Virus record (IMG/VR): IMGVR_UViG_2974695582_000001
Coordinates: 1-46,917 of that record
Reading direction: 5' to 3' (one strand)
DNA from: a virus
Taxonomy: Duplodnaviria; Heunggongvirae; Uroviricota; Caudoviricetes
DNA length: 46,917 nucleotides
This document shows, one piece after another, positions 34,201 to 43,331 of this stretch (its first letter is position 1; the number at the start of each line of letters is the position of its first letter). The notes below the pieces were generated by a model. It had not been told where the DNA came from. It worked only from the letters and a program-made list of their open reading frames with translations, and made no database searches. The position numbers and the translations under genes were made by a program.

Positions 34201-34487
34201 GTGCCCGTGGAGAAATCGACATCGAGTTCTCTTCTCCTTGGATTCAGTCTGAGGCAGCCGCTAAGGCTTTGGGTGACTGGATTGTTGATAACTGGTCCGA
34301 GCCTTGTGATGAAATTCAGCTTGAGGTGTTCGGTAACCCTCTTATTCAAATCGGTGATGTGGTTGCTGTCAACTATCCACCAAAGAATATGGCTGCTGCT
34401 ACCCACAAGTATTTTGTGATTAGCGTAGACCAGGCTTGGGACAATGGTTTGACAACCAATTTGTCATTGCGTAGAGCACGTATTTGA
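31299..34487 (+). CDS. Minor tail protein (tail hub/tip-like)
   Basis: Large ORF; CYFDEHGILQ and LEVFGNPLIQIGDVV hub-like motifs; ATG 31299 coupled by TAATG. Confidence 0.75.
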   Translation: MQSSTSFLQNALKQGEDLRPAVRVIAEWNHNRYTKVSTIDNYQYPEKTNGYDLDMYPIETIINPIRPTAGLLKARAGEGAVVQGYADTVRGYRTYTADPDSKYKYWTGPAQANTTPYSGGGYTLPEPVRPHIVYENSVLTNKIYICIEDSWARPQKYDIQITTNGTTWTTVASDIVTNSKGQVLLYLQDDNSWTSTVTRNSAMYIKGIKLDVKSMNRIHSWFNLVELGARLEKDLSDRLIDFSTSNELGDTDFITPMGTISSNNASVTLSNYDGIFNFDNESSPYHGLIDANAKFTIDFGIDVSDWGGTGIEYIRVATMYSENWGGNEEQAEVALKDASKFLQEIKPLPELMENVTIGMAIWRMLDSIGFIDYEYTRTAEIASNNIPYFWTDDEKTVWDNIQDLCRVTQSACYFDEHGILQIKTRDSAFNKTAPVSWTFDYAQNGSKRPDIVSVDVTNSYEANKVTVKYQTTTLAQDAQGRPISEVIWQPEDTIVLRSSALTTFLSKTDTKFWIDKKDVTSWPYEGMVNIRGELIKYKGKGYRYYKKGGSYTGNIDNDTIFKVIYSSDEKLQIDNELSNPDHSWRNYFTGYMRVEERGYDSTTAQDHDLIQDVWLTNGSYFGLEGGTQKLWNGGTKFMPADSKLRLQSTGKKAGGNHWYTARRGAWTGESPKFIGTRMMFPSNPKGKHTAAGIWVWGNTAQNNMYAIDLKCTKNIDRKTHNEVRVLKRRNGSVTSIGGKGATVAIDYDKWYDVDVVVTSTARFTVYINGVLVMNVIDNGTDIPISGRAGLYVRGDCVTDFEYYYMMADGGIQETDLDNSSYLDIIRGGYFSNQYYRDFVTRTRVAQRRRGKKTIKYTQWYDQRYFDEFGHQVHEYRPYEITFDKKPVLYSTLYVSNDAQIVTDEYIHNPYGAKFIVANASRINSVANGEDTLTYGADNPVEQKMMITGRTIQQAESEDYEVKNEQAIRARGEIDIEFSSPWIQSEAAAKALGDWIVDNWSEPCDEIQLEVFGNPLIQIGDVVAVNYPPKNMAAATHKYFVISVDQAWDNGLTTNLSLRRARI

Positions 34488-34512
34488 CTTTCACTTGACC
34501 GAAAGATATAAT
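34484..34512 (+). promoter_or_regulatory. Promoter TTGACT-17-TATAAT (leaderless ATG 34520)
   Basis: -10 ends 7 nt before ATG; no RBS. Confidence 0.75.
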
Positions 34513-34519
34513 TATCAAT

Positions 34520-34900
34520 ATGGACCAAATTAAAAGCACTAATGTCATCAAGGCACCCGAAGTGGTGCTCAATCCGGTATTCTTCCTTCCACCGGATGTT
34601 GTTGACGTGCGCGTCGGAGATACATCAGACCCAGTTGAGGAAGATGGCGTTACCTATGATGATGTCATTGATGCTGATGATGTACTCACAGATGAAGATT
34701 TGGCCACGGACCCAGGACCCGAAGTTCCTGTTGACGACGATGGGGAGGGAGCAGAAGTGCTCCCTACTCCTCAGTGGATGAACATCATTGACCAGCAGGT
34801 TAGAATTGCTCCGGACGGTAAGGCTGTCGTTGATGTTGTAATTGAGCTTGAAGATGTTTCGGGCGCAACAGAATACGACGTAAGGATTACCAAGTCATGA
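34520..34900 (+). CDS. Acidic hypothetical tail-region protein
   Basis: Asp/Glu-rich ORF, operon context. Confidence 0.75.
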   Translation: MDQIKSTNVIKAPEVVLNPVFFLPPDVVDVRVGDTSDPVEEDGVTYDDVIDADDVLTDEDLATDPGPEVPVDDDGEGAEVLPTPQWMNIIDQQVRIAPDGKAVVDVVIELEDVSGATEYDVRITKS

Positions 34901-35793
34901 GAGGCGTATACAGATTTTATCAGGATGGCAACCTAATTGCCGAGCAGCCGAACCTCATTACAACTGAGGGACAGCGGCTTATTTTGCGCTACCTAGCTGG
35001 ACAGTCCCCTTCCCTTGGTGCTGCTATTGGTATCGGGGTTTCTTCCGTTGCTGCTACAGTAAACGATACAATGCTCGGGTTTGAAGTTGAAAGGGTTCCT
35101 GTCAATCTTAGGAATGCAGATTACACCAATACAATGGTTATCTTCAAGGGTACTATTGACCAGGATGTTGTTGTCAATATCTATGAAATGGGATTGTGGT
35201 CAGCGGCGGCTAATAATTTGAGCGGAGAGTTTGACTCCCGCCTTCTTACAACTTTCGACCTTGAGCTTGAACCTTGGTCAAATGTAGTAGCTGACACAAC
35301 TGCTAACAGAACAAGCGTTGATGCTGTCAGGGTGAATGCTGGAATTAGTTCAACAACAAATGCATCTCTGGATGTAGATATGGACCTTTCCGGGTATTCA
35401 GCAAATGACACATTCTTGCTGGCTTTCAGTAAGCCAAACAACAACATTAACACAATTAAGCTTATCTTTGAAGATGTTATCGGTGGCGGTAATGCTTCAC
35501 TAACCAAGACTGTTTCTTCTCTTGGTACAGGATACAATATCCTTCAGTTCCGAAAGGGAGATTTCACAATCACAGGTACATTTAGTTGGGAAACGATTAC
35601 ACGAATGTCATTTGATGTAACTGCTGGAGGAACGGCGGGTTATGTGATTCTAGATGGTCTTCGTGTAGAAGACCTAGACACACCAAACCAAGACTTTACA
35701 CTTGTTTCCCACGCTATCCTTGGAAGCCCTATTCAGAAGACAAATGTGGCTCCAATGGATGTAGAATATGCATTGGACTTTAACGTAACATGA
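34897..35793 (+). CDS. Minor tail protein
   Basis: NLITTEGQRLILRYLAG...IGIG...LGFEVER motif resembling tail-fibre attachment proteins. Confidence 0.7.
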   Translation: MRGVYRFYQDGNLIAEQPNLITTEGQRLILRYLAGQSPSLGAAIGIGVSSVAATVNDTMLGFEVERVPVNLRNADYTNTMVIFKGTIDQDVVVNIYEMGLWSAAANNLSGEFDSRLLTTFDLELEPWSNVVADTTANRTSVDAVRVNAGISSTTNASLDVDMDLSGYSANDTFLLAFSKPNNNINTIKLIFEDVIGGGNASLTKTVSSLGTGYNILQFRKGDFTITGTFSWETITRMSFDVTAGGTAGYVILDGLRVEDLDTPNQDFTLVSHAILGSPIQKTNVAPMDVEYALDFNVT

Positions 35794-38700
35794 GTAGAAT
35801 TCTTCTAAGAGACCTAGAGCCTGGCAGGCTGTATCACATTCAGGCGAGAGCCACGAATGGTGAGCAGTCTTCTCAGTGGTCCCAGTTGTGGGACCTTCAG
35901 ACTACCAGCGACATTATGCCGCCAGCCGTACCTTCTGCCCTTTCTTGGGTTGTTGAGGGAACGGCTTTTAAGGCTGTCTGGACTGGTCCAACAACAAATC
36001 AGGATGGTTCTGACCTTCGTGATTTCAAGGACTTCCAGGTAAAGATTTATTCACCTGCAAATCCGGGGGTTATTGCAACATACTACACAACCTCTGCTCG
36101 ATTCGACCTTCCCTTTGAACTTAACGTAAATGCTCTAGGAACCCCAAGAGCACAGGTTGTTATTGAGGTGCGTGCTAGAGACAATACAGGCAATCTATCT
36201 GTTGCTGCAACTGCGACAGCCACAAACCCGGCCCCAGCAAATGTTACTGGATTTACTGCCACTGGAATCACTGACGCCATTTCCCTCAAGTGGGATGCTA
36301 ATCCTGATACAGACCTAAAGTATTACCAGGTTTATCAGGGCACTTCTGCGGGTGCCGAAAACACACTCGTATACACAGGACTTTCTAATTCCTTTGTATT
36401 TGACACCATCTCCACTAACCCACAATACTTCAAGATTTTTGCGGTTGACGTATTCAATACACAGTCAGCAACTGCGGCAACAGCCAACGCAACCGCAAAA
36501 TCATCTTTGGCAGTAGACGTTAATCCACCGAACGCTCCAACAGGTGTAACAGTTACTTCAGCTCTAGACACTTCTGACCCTTCTGGTGGAAGGGTTTACA
36601 TTGACGTGTCATGGACTGGAGTTGCCGATACAGACCTGCAAAACTATAGTGTTCGATACAGTACCGGAACAACCTGGGAGTACATTAACGTTCCCGAAGG
36701 TGTTACGACTGCTCGCATTAATGGTCTTCGTCCAAATACCAATTACAATGTTGCGGTTGCTGCCGTAGACTATTCTGGAAATTCTAGCTCATACACGAAT
36801 GCCGGAACATATCCAATTCTGACAGCAAAGGATACTTCCGCACCTGTTGCCCCTACTGGAGTAACTGTTGGCGCGGGTGTTACAACAATGACTGTCTACT
36901 GGAATGAGAATGCAGAAAATGACGTTAAGGGTGGAGTCGGCTATTACGAAATTCAGCTAGACACAGCTAACACGTTCAATACAGCCAATCTAATTTCTAA
37001 GCAGACCAGCGGAACAATTACTTCGTTCTCCAATCTGACATCCAACACAGCTTACTACACGCGCGTACGCGCGGTAGATGCTTCTGGAAATGTTGGTGCG
37101 TATTCTTCTATTGTTTCTGGAACTCCTCGCTACATTGCTAATGCAGATATCCAGGCCGGTACCATTAACGGTGACCGTATTACTGCTGCGACAATTAATG
37201 GTGATAGAGTAATCGCAAACAGCCTTGATGCAAATACCATCAAGGCTAATACGACATTCTCTCAGAACCTCACTGTTGGTTCTACCTTCACCATCGGTAC
37301 CAGCGGTATTATGAAGAGCGCAAATTATGTTGCGGGCTCTGCGGGATGGCAGCTAACAAACAACACTCTGGAAATTAACCAGGGTACTATTCGGGCTGCT
37401 GCGCTTCAGCTTCAGAATGGTCACAACATGCTCCATCCTGCCTACGCAGACTTTGAGTTTGTAAAGTCATGGTACACAAGCAACCTCATCACATTCAATG
37501 ATGGAGGAGTTTCGACGTGGGCTATTTCAGATGCCGTAGACGTAGTTGGAAAGTATAACAGTCAGTGTATCAAGACTTCGTGGACTGGTGTTGGAACGTT
37601 CTCAAGAGTTTACCTTGGTCCGACATTTACAACTTACAATGTCCAGCTTGAGGCTAACACAGATTACATCTTTTCCGGGTGGGTTTATGTAAAGACTGGT
37701 GCTGGCGCAAAGACGGCTGCCCTAGGAATCAAGCTAGCAGATGCTACATTCCCTGGTCCAGTTGGAAATACTTCAATTCCGGCAACATCAACATGGACCC
37801 GAATTTGGGGTACATTTAATTCTGGAACTCAGACAAGTGCCGAGCTTTATCTGTCACAGTACACTTCAGGAGATATGTACTGGGATGGTCTACAGCTTGA
37901 AAAGAAGGTCACTGCTGACACAACTCCTTCTCAGTGGAAGCCACCGGGCTCTACCTCTATTGATGGTGGAATTATTCGCACGGGTTCTATTCAGTCAACT
38001 GCTTCAGCAAATGGTCTAGGTGGTCAGCCAGCATGGTCAATTAACATGGCTGGTAATGCTCAGCTTGGTGATGCGAATATTCGTGGACGCCTTGTTGTTG
38101 GTGACCCAAGCAACCCATCGGCAGATGGTGCTAATAGCCGAATTCATTCTGCTAACTATTCTGCTGGTACAACTGGATGGATTATTCGTAATGATGGGTA
38201 TGCTGAATTCCGTCAGCTAGCAGTCAACTCAATCAAGGTTACCGCTTTTGACTCTCCATTCCAGAATGCAGCAAATGCCAAGTTGTTCGACTACATGCAG
38301 GATGCTACTCTATGGCTGACTTATGGTGCTGTGACTCAGAAGACCGACCCTGGTGCTTATTCCGCAGAGTCTCTATTTGAGTTCACTGGACCGGGTGTTG
38401 TTCTTCGTAATGGTACTGGTGTTCAGAGAATCGCTTATGACCCAACCATTCTATATAGAATTTCAGCCCGTATTCGTGCTTATGACGTAGCTACGCTAAA
38501 CGCTAACTCTGGATTTGAAACTAACCTTACTGGTTGGTGGAATTATGCTAGCACAACCATTACACGTGATACCGCAAAGAAGTTTGCCGGTGTGGCCTCT
38601 ATGGCTATGGCTCAGGCTGGTTCTTCTGTTGGTGTTTATGGTGCTGGAACAACAGTTTCCGTTAAGGCTGGTAGGACTTACACATTCAGTGCTCGTGTTC

Positions 38701-41700
38701 TACCAAATACCACAGTCGCTCGTGACAACCTCAAGATGAATATCTCGTGGCTGAATTCTGGCGGTACGGAAATTGCTGTAACCTATAATGACATGGCACC
38801 ACCTGTTGATGGTTCTGGTAACCCAATTCCAATTGATGGAACAACTTGGGTCCAGTTCTCTTCTCAGGGAGTTGCCCCTGTTGGTGCGGTTACTGCCAAC
38901 TTTGAGTTGCAGACTGGTCAGGCTGGAGTTGCCACGACTGGAACCTTGGCCTGGTTTGATGATGTAACAATCACCACCCCTCCTAGAGTAAAGATTGGTC
39001 TTTTCGGATTCGACAATTCAAGCAATATCATTGATTATGATTTTGTTGACCAGGCCACTACTCCTACCAAGATTCATGCAATGCCATCAGACTTGAGCTT
39101 GCTAGACGATTATGCGCCTAGCCAGTACATGATGGTCGCAAATGATGAGGAAGTTCAGATTGCTACTGGTTCATCATCTACTACTTCTGACTGGATTACT
39201 GTAACAGGTTATATCAAGGGTCGTGGTGGTTCTGGTGCTACTGGTAAGTTTGGTACTAATGCCCGAGCTGGAGACCCGTTCAATCCTGCTGCCTTTAACC
39301 AGGAAGTTCGATACATGGTTCCTTATGTGGAATGGGATATTGCGGCGGGTTCTAAGGCTCAGCTTGACCAGTTCTCTATTGAAGCATTCGAGAATGGTGC
39401 CCCAGCAAAGGTAGACACTAATGGTGAAGCGGCTACCATGAAATCTGTTTCTATTGAGAATATCCAGGATGGTACAGAGTTTGACCATGCTTTGAGATTC
39501 TACAGTGGAGAAATTGACGAAAAGCAGCCGGGCATGATTGGTCATATCACCGATGGTGAAATGAACGATGCTGGACATCTAAGAATTGTACCGCCGTTGC
39601 TTAACCGTCTATCCGACTACAATTCAGGACCATACATTGGTATTTGGGACCAGAACCCTAACTACCTATATGATGCTTCATTCAAGAATGGCATTACTGG
39701 TTGGACTGGAATGGCTAACACAACAGTTTCTCACGAGACTTCTGTTGGTAGAGAGGATACAAACGCTCTTAAGATTACAGCAATTGGAACTATCTCCAAT
39801 CCGGCTACAACCGAATTGCTAGGAAAGTATTCAGTGTCTACTTTGGCTAATCAGGAATTGATTGGTCAGGTTGTTACCGTTTCCGGTTATGCAATGATGG
39901 GAACTGCTACTGGACGAAATGTTCGCTTGGTTGTTAAGTTCATGAATGAAGCCGGTTCTATGATTAACGGTTACTTCATTGAAAAGGCGGTAACAAATAC
40001 TGCCTGGACTTACTATGCCTTCTACACACCAATTCCTGTTCCAGATACTTGTTACAACATTGAATTCTCATTCTCGTGGTTCAATGGTGCTACTGGTGAC
40101 ATCGTTTATGTAGATGACGTACAGCTTGAGGCTAACACTGACAAGACTGATTTCCGCTCTGCTTCTGCAAGTCGAATTGAGCTAAATGCGGAAGTTATCA
40201 GAAGTCGCGGTCCGATTATCATTGGTGATACTGACTTCAGTCTACCAACGAATGTTATTGGTTCAACTGGTAAGCCAGACGTCGGTAGCTACCGAGGAAT
40301 GATTGCTCAGTCTGAGTATGGAACTGCCGGTTGGAGAATGGTTGGTTACACAGACTCTAATGGCACTCGTGCGTCAAACAGCATGGCGTTCTTTGGTCCG
40401 GATGGTGACGAACAGTCTAAGGTTATTCTTTATGGTCTTAATGATGCATCGTTCCCTGGACAGGTTGCCATTACAAGTCCTAATGGTGCATTTACTCTGG
40501 TTACCCAGCCAGCACCAGATGGAGCTTATCCATATGATGTAAGAGTTTATGGCTCTCTAATCGTTGATGGACCTCTTCAGTGGCAGTCTTTGACTTCCAG
40601 TGCAGTTACGCCATTCGACTCCGGTCGTGCTCTTGGTGTGGCAAAGCAGAATGGCATGTTGATTTTCCGTGGTGCTGGTTCATGGTCTGGAACGGCGGGT
40701 TCTTCGGGAACTGTTATTTTTACTCTTCCTGTTGGATATCGCCCTGCCTCTCCTCAGTACATGTGTGCTCTTATGTGGAATGGTAATTCATGGTCATCCG
40801 GTGTTGCTTTCCACGTCAAGACGAATGGTGAATGTATTCTTTGGTCTCCTCCTGAGGGTGCCGGTCTTGGAACTTCACTTTCAATTGAGGGTCTTCACTG
40901 TAACATGACAGCAATGACAACTATCACTCCTCCGGGAACTGATACAACGGCTCCAGCAGTACCTACCGGATTCGCGATTTCTGCGGTATCCTCTGGAACA
41001 TCTACTGGTTCTTACAAGTTGTCTTGGACTAACCCAAGCACATCTGACGTGAAGGGTGTCAAGATTATTTGGAGGTCTGACCGTTATCCGACTGTAACAA
41101 TCGCGGGTTCTGGTACAAAGACCTTGACAACTGATGGAACAGTCGTTACAGTTGCCGGTACAGCTTCACAGGCAAAGACATACACACACTCTGGTCTTCC
41201 AGTTAATAAGACCATTTACTACCGCGTGGTATCATACGATGCTGCCGGTAACCACTCAACGTATGTCAGTGCTTCTCGTTACCTACTTGCAAGCCCAATT
41301 ACCATTAGCCCTTCTAGCTCCGGTTCTTACCGTCTAGGGTATGGTGGTATGTGGCGTAACGATGGTGACGAAGTTTACCAGGGTGACTGGACTGGAAACG
41401 ACAACCACCGTGGTTTGTACTTCTACGGTAGCAACATCTACAGCAAGTTGTCAACGGGTGGTGTTGTTCGTACTCCAACCAAGGTGACAATTTACCTGAA
41501 GCGTCTAAATACTTCTCACGGTAACAATGCCGGGGTCGGTATTAATCTACGCGGACACCTTTACCAGAGCAAGCCTTCGGGTGACCCTGTGGGAGGTATG
41601 ACTAACGAGGGAAGCGATGGAGACGATATCGTATTCTTGAGTCGTGGTGAGGCAGCAACGGTAACCGTTCCTTCTTCATGGTACAATAACATTGTTGATG

Positions 41701-41825
41701 CAACAGCCGCAAACCGAATTGAAGGTTTTGGTGTATATGGTAGCACAACCTCTGACTACGCCGTACTGTTCGGCAAGAGCAGTGGTTCAAGTTACGGAAA
41801 GCTAACTATCTACCACAACGGTTGA
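35790..41825 (+). CDS. Large tail fibre / receptor-binding protein with fibronectin-III repeats and carbohydrate-binding-module-like domains
   Basis: Repeated PPxxPTGV...VSW...Y.V.A FN3 patterns; NSGFE..L.GW...YTFSA and F..G..GW CBM-like units; FTLPVGYRP motif. Confidence 0.82.
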   Translation: MSRILLRDLEPGRLYHIQARATNGEQSSQWSQLWDLQTTSDIMPPAVPSALSWVVEGTAFKAVWTGPTTNQDGSDLRDFKDFQVKIYSPANPGVIATYYTTSARFDLPFELNVNALGTPRAQVVIEVRARDNTGNLSVAATATATNPAPANVTGFTATGITDAISLKWDANPDTDLKYYQVYQGTSAGAENTLVYTGLSNSFVFDTISTNPQYFKIFAVDVFNTQSATAATANATAKSSLAVDVNPPNAPTGVTVTSALDTSDPSGGRVYIDVSWTGVADTDLQNYSVRYSTGTTWEYINVPEGVTTARINGLRPNTNYNVAVAAVDYSGNSSSYTNAGTYPILTAKDTSAPVAPTGVTVGAGVTTMTVYWNENAENDVKGGVGYYEIQLDTANTFNTANLISKQTSGTITSFSNLTSNTAYYTRVRAVDASGNVGAYSSIVSGTPRYIANADIQAGTINGDRITAATINGDRVIANSLDANTIKANTTFSQNLTVGSTFTIGTSGIMKSANYVAGSAGWQLTNNTLEINQGTIRAAALQLQNGHNMLHPAYADFEFVKSWYTSNLITFNDGGVSTWAISDAVDVVGKYNSQCIKTSWTGVGTFSRVYLGPTFTTYNVQLEANTDYIFSGWVYVKTGAGAKTAALGIKLADATFPGPVGNTSIPATSTWTRIWGTFNSGTQTSAELYLSQYTSGDMYWDGLQLEKKVTADTTPSQWKPPGSTSIDGGIIRTGSIQSTASANGLGGQPAWSINMAGNAQLGDANIRGRLVVGDPSNPSADGANSRIHSANYSAGTTGWIIRNDGYAEFRQLAVNSIKVTAFDSPFQNAANAKLFDYMQDATLWLTYGAVTQKTDPGAYSAESLFEFTGPGVVLRNGTGVQRIAYDPTILYRISARIRAYDVATLNANSGFETNLTGWWNYASTTITRDTAKKFAGVASMAMAQAGSSVGVYGAGTTVSVKAGRTYTFSARVLPNTTVARDNLKMNISWLNSGGTEIAVTYNDMAPPVDGSGNPIPIDGTTWVQFSSQGVAPVGAVTANFELQTGQAGVATTGTLAWFDDVTITTPPRVKIGLFGFDNSSNIIDYDFVDQATTPTKIHAMPSDLSLLDDYAPSQYMMVANDEEVQIATGSSSTTSDWITVTGYIKGRGGSGATGKFGTNARAGDPFNPAAFNQEVRYMVPYVEWDIAAGSKAQLDQFSIEAFENGAPAKVDTNGEAATMKSVSIENIQDGTEFDHALRFYSGEIDEKQPGMIGHITDGEMNDAGHLRIVPPLLNRLSDYNSGPYIGIWDQNPNYLYDASFKNGITGWTGMANTTVSHETSVGREDTNALKITAIGTISNPATTELLGKYSVSTLANQELIGQVVTVSGYAMMGTATGRNVRLVVKFMNEAGSMINGYFIEKAVTNTAWTYYAFYTPIPVPDTCYNIEFSFSWFNGATGDIVYVDDVQLEANTDKTDFRSASASRIELNAEVIRSRGPIIIGDTDFSLPTNVIGSTGKPDVGSYRGMIAQSEYGTAGWRMVGYTDSNGTRASNSMAFFGPDGDEQSKVILYGLNDASFPGQVAITSPNGAFTLVTQPAPDGAYPYDVRVYGSLIVDGPLQWQSLTSSAVTPFDSGRALGVAKQNGMLIFRGAGSWSGTAGSSGTVIFTLPVGYRPASPQYMCALMWNGNSWSSGVAFHVKTNGECILWSPPEGAGLGTSLSIEGLHCNMTAMTTITPPGTDTTAPAVPTGFAISAVSSGTSTGSYKLSWTNPSTSDVKGVKIIWRSDRYPTVTIAGSGTKTLTTDGTVVTVAGTASQAKTYTHSGLPVNKTIYYRVVSYDAAGNHSTYVSASRYLLASPITISPSSSGSYRLGYGGMWRNDGDEVYQGDWTGNDNHRGLYFYGSNIYSKLSTGGVVRTPTKVTIYLKRLNTSHGNNAGVGINLRGHLYQSKPSGDPVGGMTNEGSDGDDIVFLSRGEAATVTVPSSWYNNIVDATAANRIEGFGVYGSTTSDYAVLFGKSSGSSYGKLTIYHNG

Positions 41826-41852
41826 CAACCCCTAGAGGGGTATGGTTATAAT
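41822..41852 (+). promoter_or_regulatory. Possible promoter TTGACA-19-TATAAT with an internal ACCCC/GGGGT hairpin
   Basis: Both hexamers are consensus but the spacing is long. Confidence 0.5.
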
Positions 41853-41884
41853 AGAAACAAGATAAAGAAAGAAGAAGAGAATTT

Positions 41885-42133
41885 ATGAATGAAATGAAGA
41901 AGTTGCAACTAACTAATACTGCTCTTAAGCAGAGTCTTGCTAATAAGGTAGCTAATTATGAAGATGAGCTAGCTAACATTAGGGCTGAGGCTTCCATCTT
42001 GCTTGAGGAGCAGGGTGAGAAGATTTCTGAGCTTGAGCAGACTGGCGCTGACAAGGATGCTAAGATTGAGAGTCTTGAGCAGCGTGTGCGTGAGCTTGAG
42101 GGAGAATCTGCGGATGTGGCCGTTTCGTCGTAA
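41885..42133 (+). CDS. Coiled-coil hypothetical protein (82 aa)
   Basis: Heptad Leu/Glu pattern. Confidence 0.8.
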   Translation: MNEMKKLQLTNTALKQSLANKVANYEDELANIRAEASILLEEQGEKISELEQTGADKDAKIESLEQRVRELEGESADVAVSS

Positions 42134-42518
42134 GCGAGAGCTTCCGGAGATTCCCACTGATAAGACGGATTACCCATATGGCCTCTTTATCGTAACTGAG
42201 GCCGGGTATTTCCTTATCAGAAATGGTGAACGTCTTGGAGTAAAGACTACCAGGATGGCATGTAGTTGGCACTCACACATTTCTTTGTCGAGTGAGGCAG
42301 CCGTTGCCCATCTTCCTGTGACTGGCCATGTTGGATTCAGGGATGGTACACTGATTAGGAACCAGGCGGATAAGAGGGATTATCTGATTTCGCGGGGTTT
42401 GAAGAGACATATCGTTTCTCCGGATGTATATGAGAGATATGGTCTTGCAGAAGGAAACATCATTGTCGTCTCTGATGAAGAGGCTAATTTTCACAGTGAT
42501 GGGGAGGTGTTGAGTTAA
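42114..42518 (+). CDS. Hypothetical protein (MWPFRRKRELPEIPTDK...)
   Basis: ATG 42114 with GAGGGAG RBS; the track start at 42003 is less likely. Confidence 0.75.
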   Translation: MWPFRRKRELPEIPTDKTDYPYGLFIVTEAGYFLIRNGERLGVKTTRMACSWHSHISLSSEAAVAHLPVTGHVGFRDGTLIRNQADKRDYLISRGLKRHIVSPDVYERYGLAEGNIIVVSDEEANFHSDGEVLS

Positions 42519-42959
42519 TTGGCCGTTTCAGCATTTAAGGATGTTAATTGGGCTCCAAATGAATATCTAGCAACTGATAAGTTGAATACGATGGTCTCGA
42601 ATACGAGATACCTCTTTGAGAGAGCACCGAAACTGTATTACAATTCTTATTCCATTAAGAAGGATACTGGAATTAAGATTGCATGTGGTACAGCAACAAT
42701 TGCACCGAGTAAGGCGCATTACTATAAGAAGACCATCAATTTTGGAAGTTTCTTTACGTCAGGCTCTAAGCCAGTAATTGTTACTAGTGTTACTTCTCCG
42801 TATAACCGAAGGATTATTCTTTCGCATTATGGAATTCAGGGAGAGGGATATGTTCCCGACCATCGTGGCTTTATCGTAGTAGGAGCAACTGCAACTTTGG
42901 AAAAGTCCCACTACTTGTCAAAGCAGATTTACATTAATTGGATTGCAATGGGATATTGA
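42519..42959 (+). CDS. Hypothetical protein with a tail-fibre C-terminal-like beta domain
   Basis: KIACGT....INF...F...PVIV...INWIAMGY pattern; TTG start after GGAGGTG. Confidence 0.6.
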   Translation: MAVSAFKDVNWAPNEYLATDKLNTMVSNTRYLFERAPKLYYNSYSIKKDTGIKIACGTATIAPSKAHYYKKTINFGSFFTSGSKPVIVTSVTSPYNRRIILSHYGIQGEGYVPDHRGFIVVGATATLEKSHYLSKQIYINWIAMGY

Positions 42960-42979
42960 TTTTGGAAGGAGGCGTGTCT

Positions 42980-43261
42980 ATGAAATATCTACCACTTGAA
43001 AAGTGGCATAGACGCGACCGCCGCCTGAATCCGAACGGTTATGTTCTGGTTTGGGTGCCTGAGCACCCTAAGAGTTTTTCGGGCGGATGGTATTATGAAC
43101 ACAGACTTGCAGCAGAGAGGAGCATGGGTAGAATCCTTAAATCATGGGAAACTGTGCATCACATTTCTGGAGACAAGACAGATAATTCGTGGTACAATCT
43201 GTTCGTATGCACAAGAAAGGAGCATGACCGGGCTGACCGGTTGACACCAGCACTTGTGTAG
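42980..43261 (+). CDS. HNH endonuclease
   Basis: EHRLAAE...VHHISGDKTDN...NL...RKEH; AAGGAGG RBS before ATG 42980. Confidence 0.88.
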   Translation: MKYLPLEKWHRRDRRLNPNGYVLVWVPEHPKSFSGGWYYEHRLAAERSMGRILKSWETVHHISGDKTDNSWYNLFVCTRKEHDRADRLTPALV

Positions 43262-43269
43262 TGTACAGT
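43241..43269 (+). promoter_or_regulatory. Promoter TTGACA-17-TACAGT
   Basis: Consensus -35 and TG-extended -10. Confidence 0.7.
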
Positions 43270-43285
43270 TAGCTTAGTTGTTCAA

Positions 43286-43327
43286 GAGAGCCGGGGGGAT
43301 TCCTCGGCTCTCCCTTTTGATGGGAGA
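43286..43327 (+). promoter_or_regulatory. Leader with alternative hairpins (terminator-like versus RBS-sequestering)
   Basis: GAGAGCCG/CGGCTCTC followed by CCTTTT; TCTCCC/GGGAGA covers the RBS. Confidence 0.5.
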
Positions 43328-43331
43328 ATAT

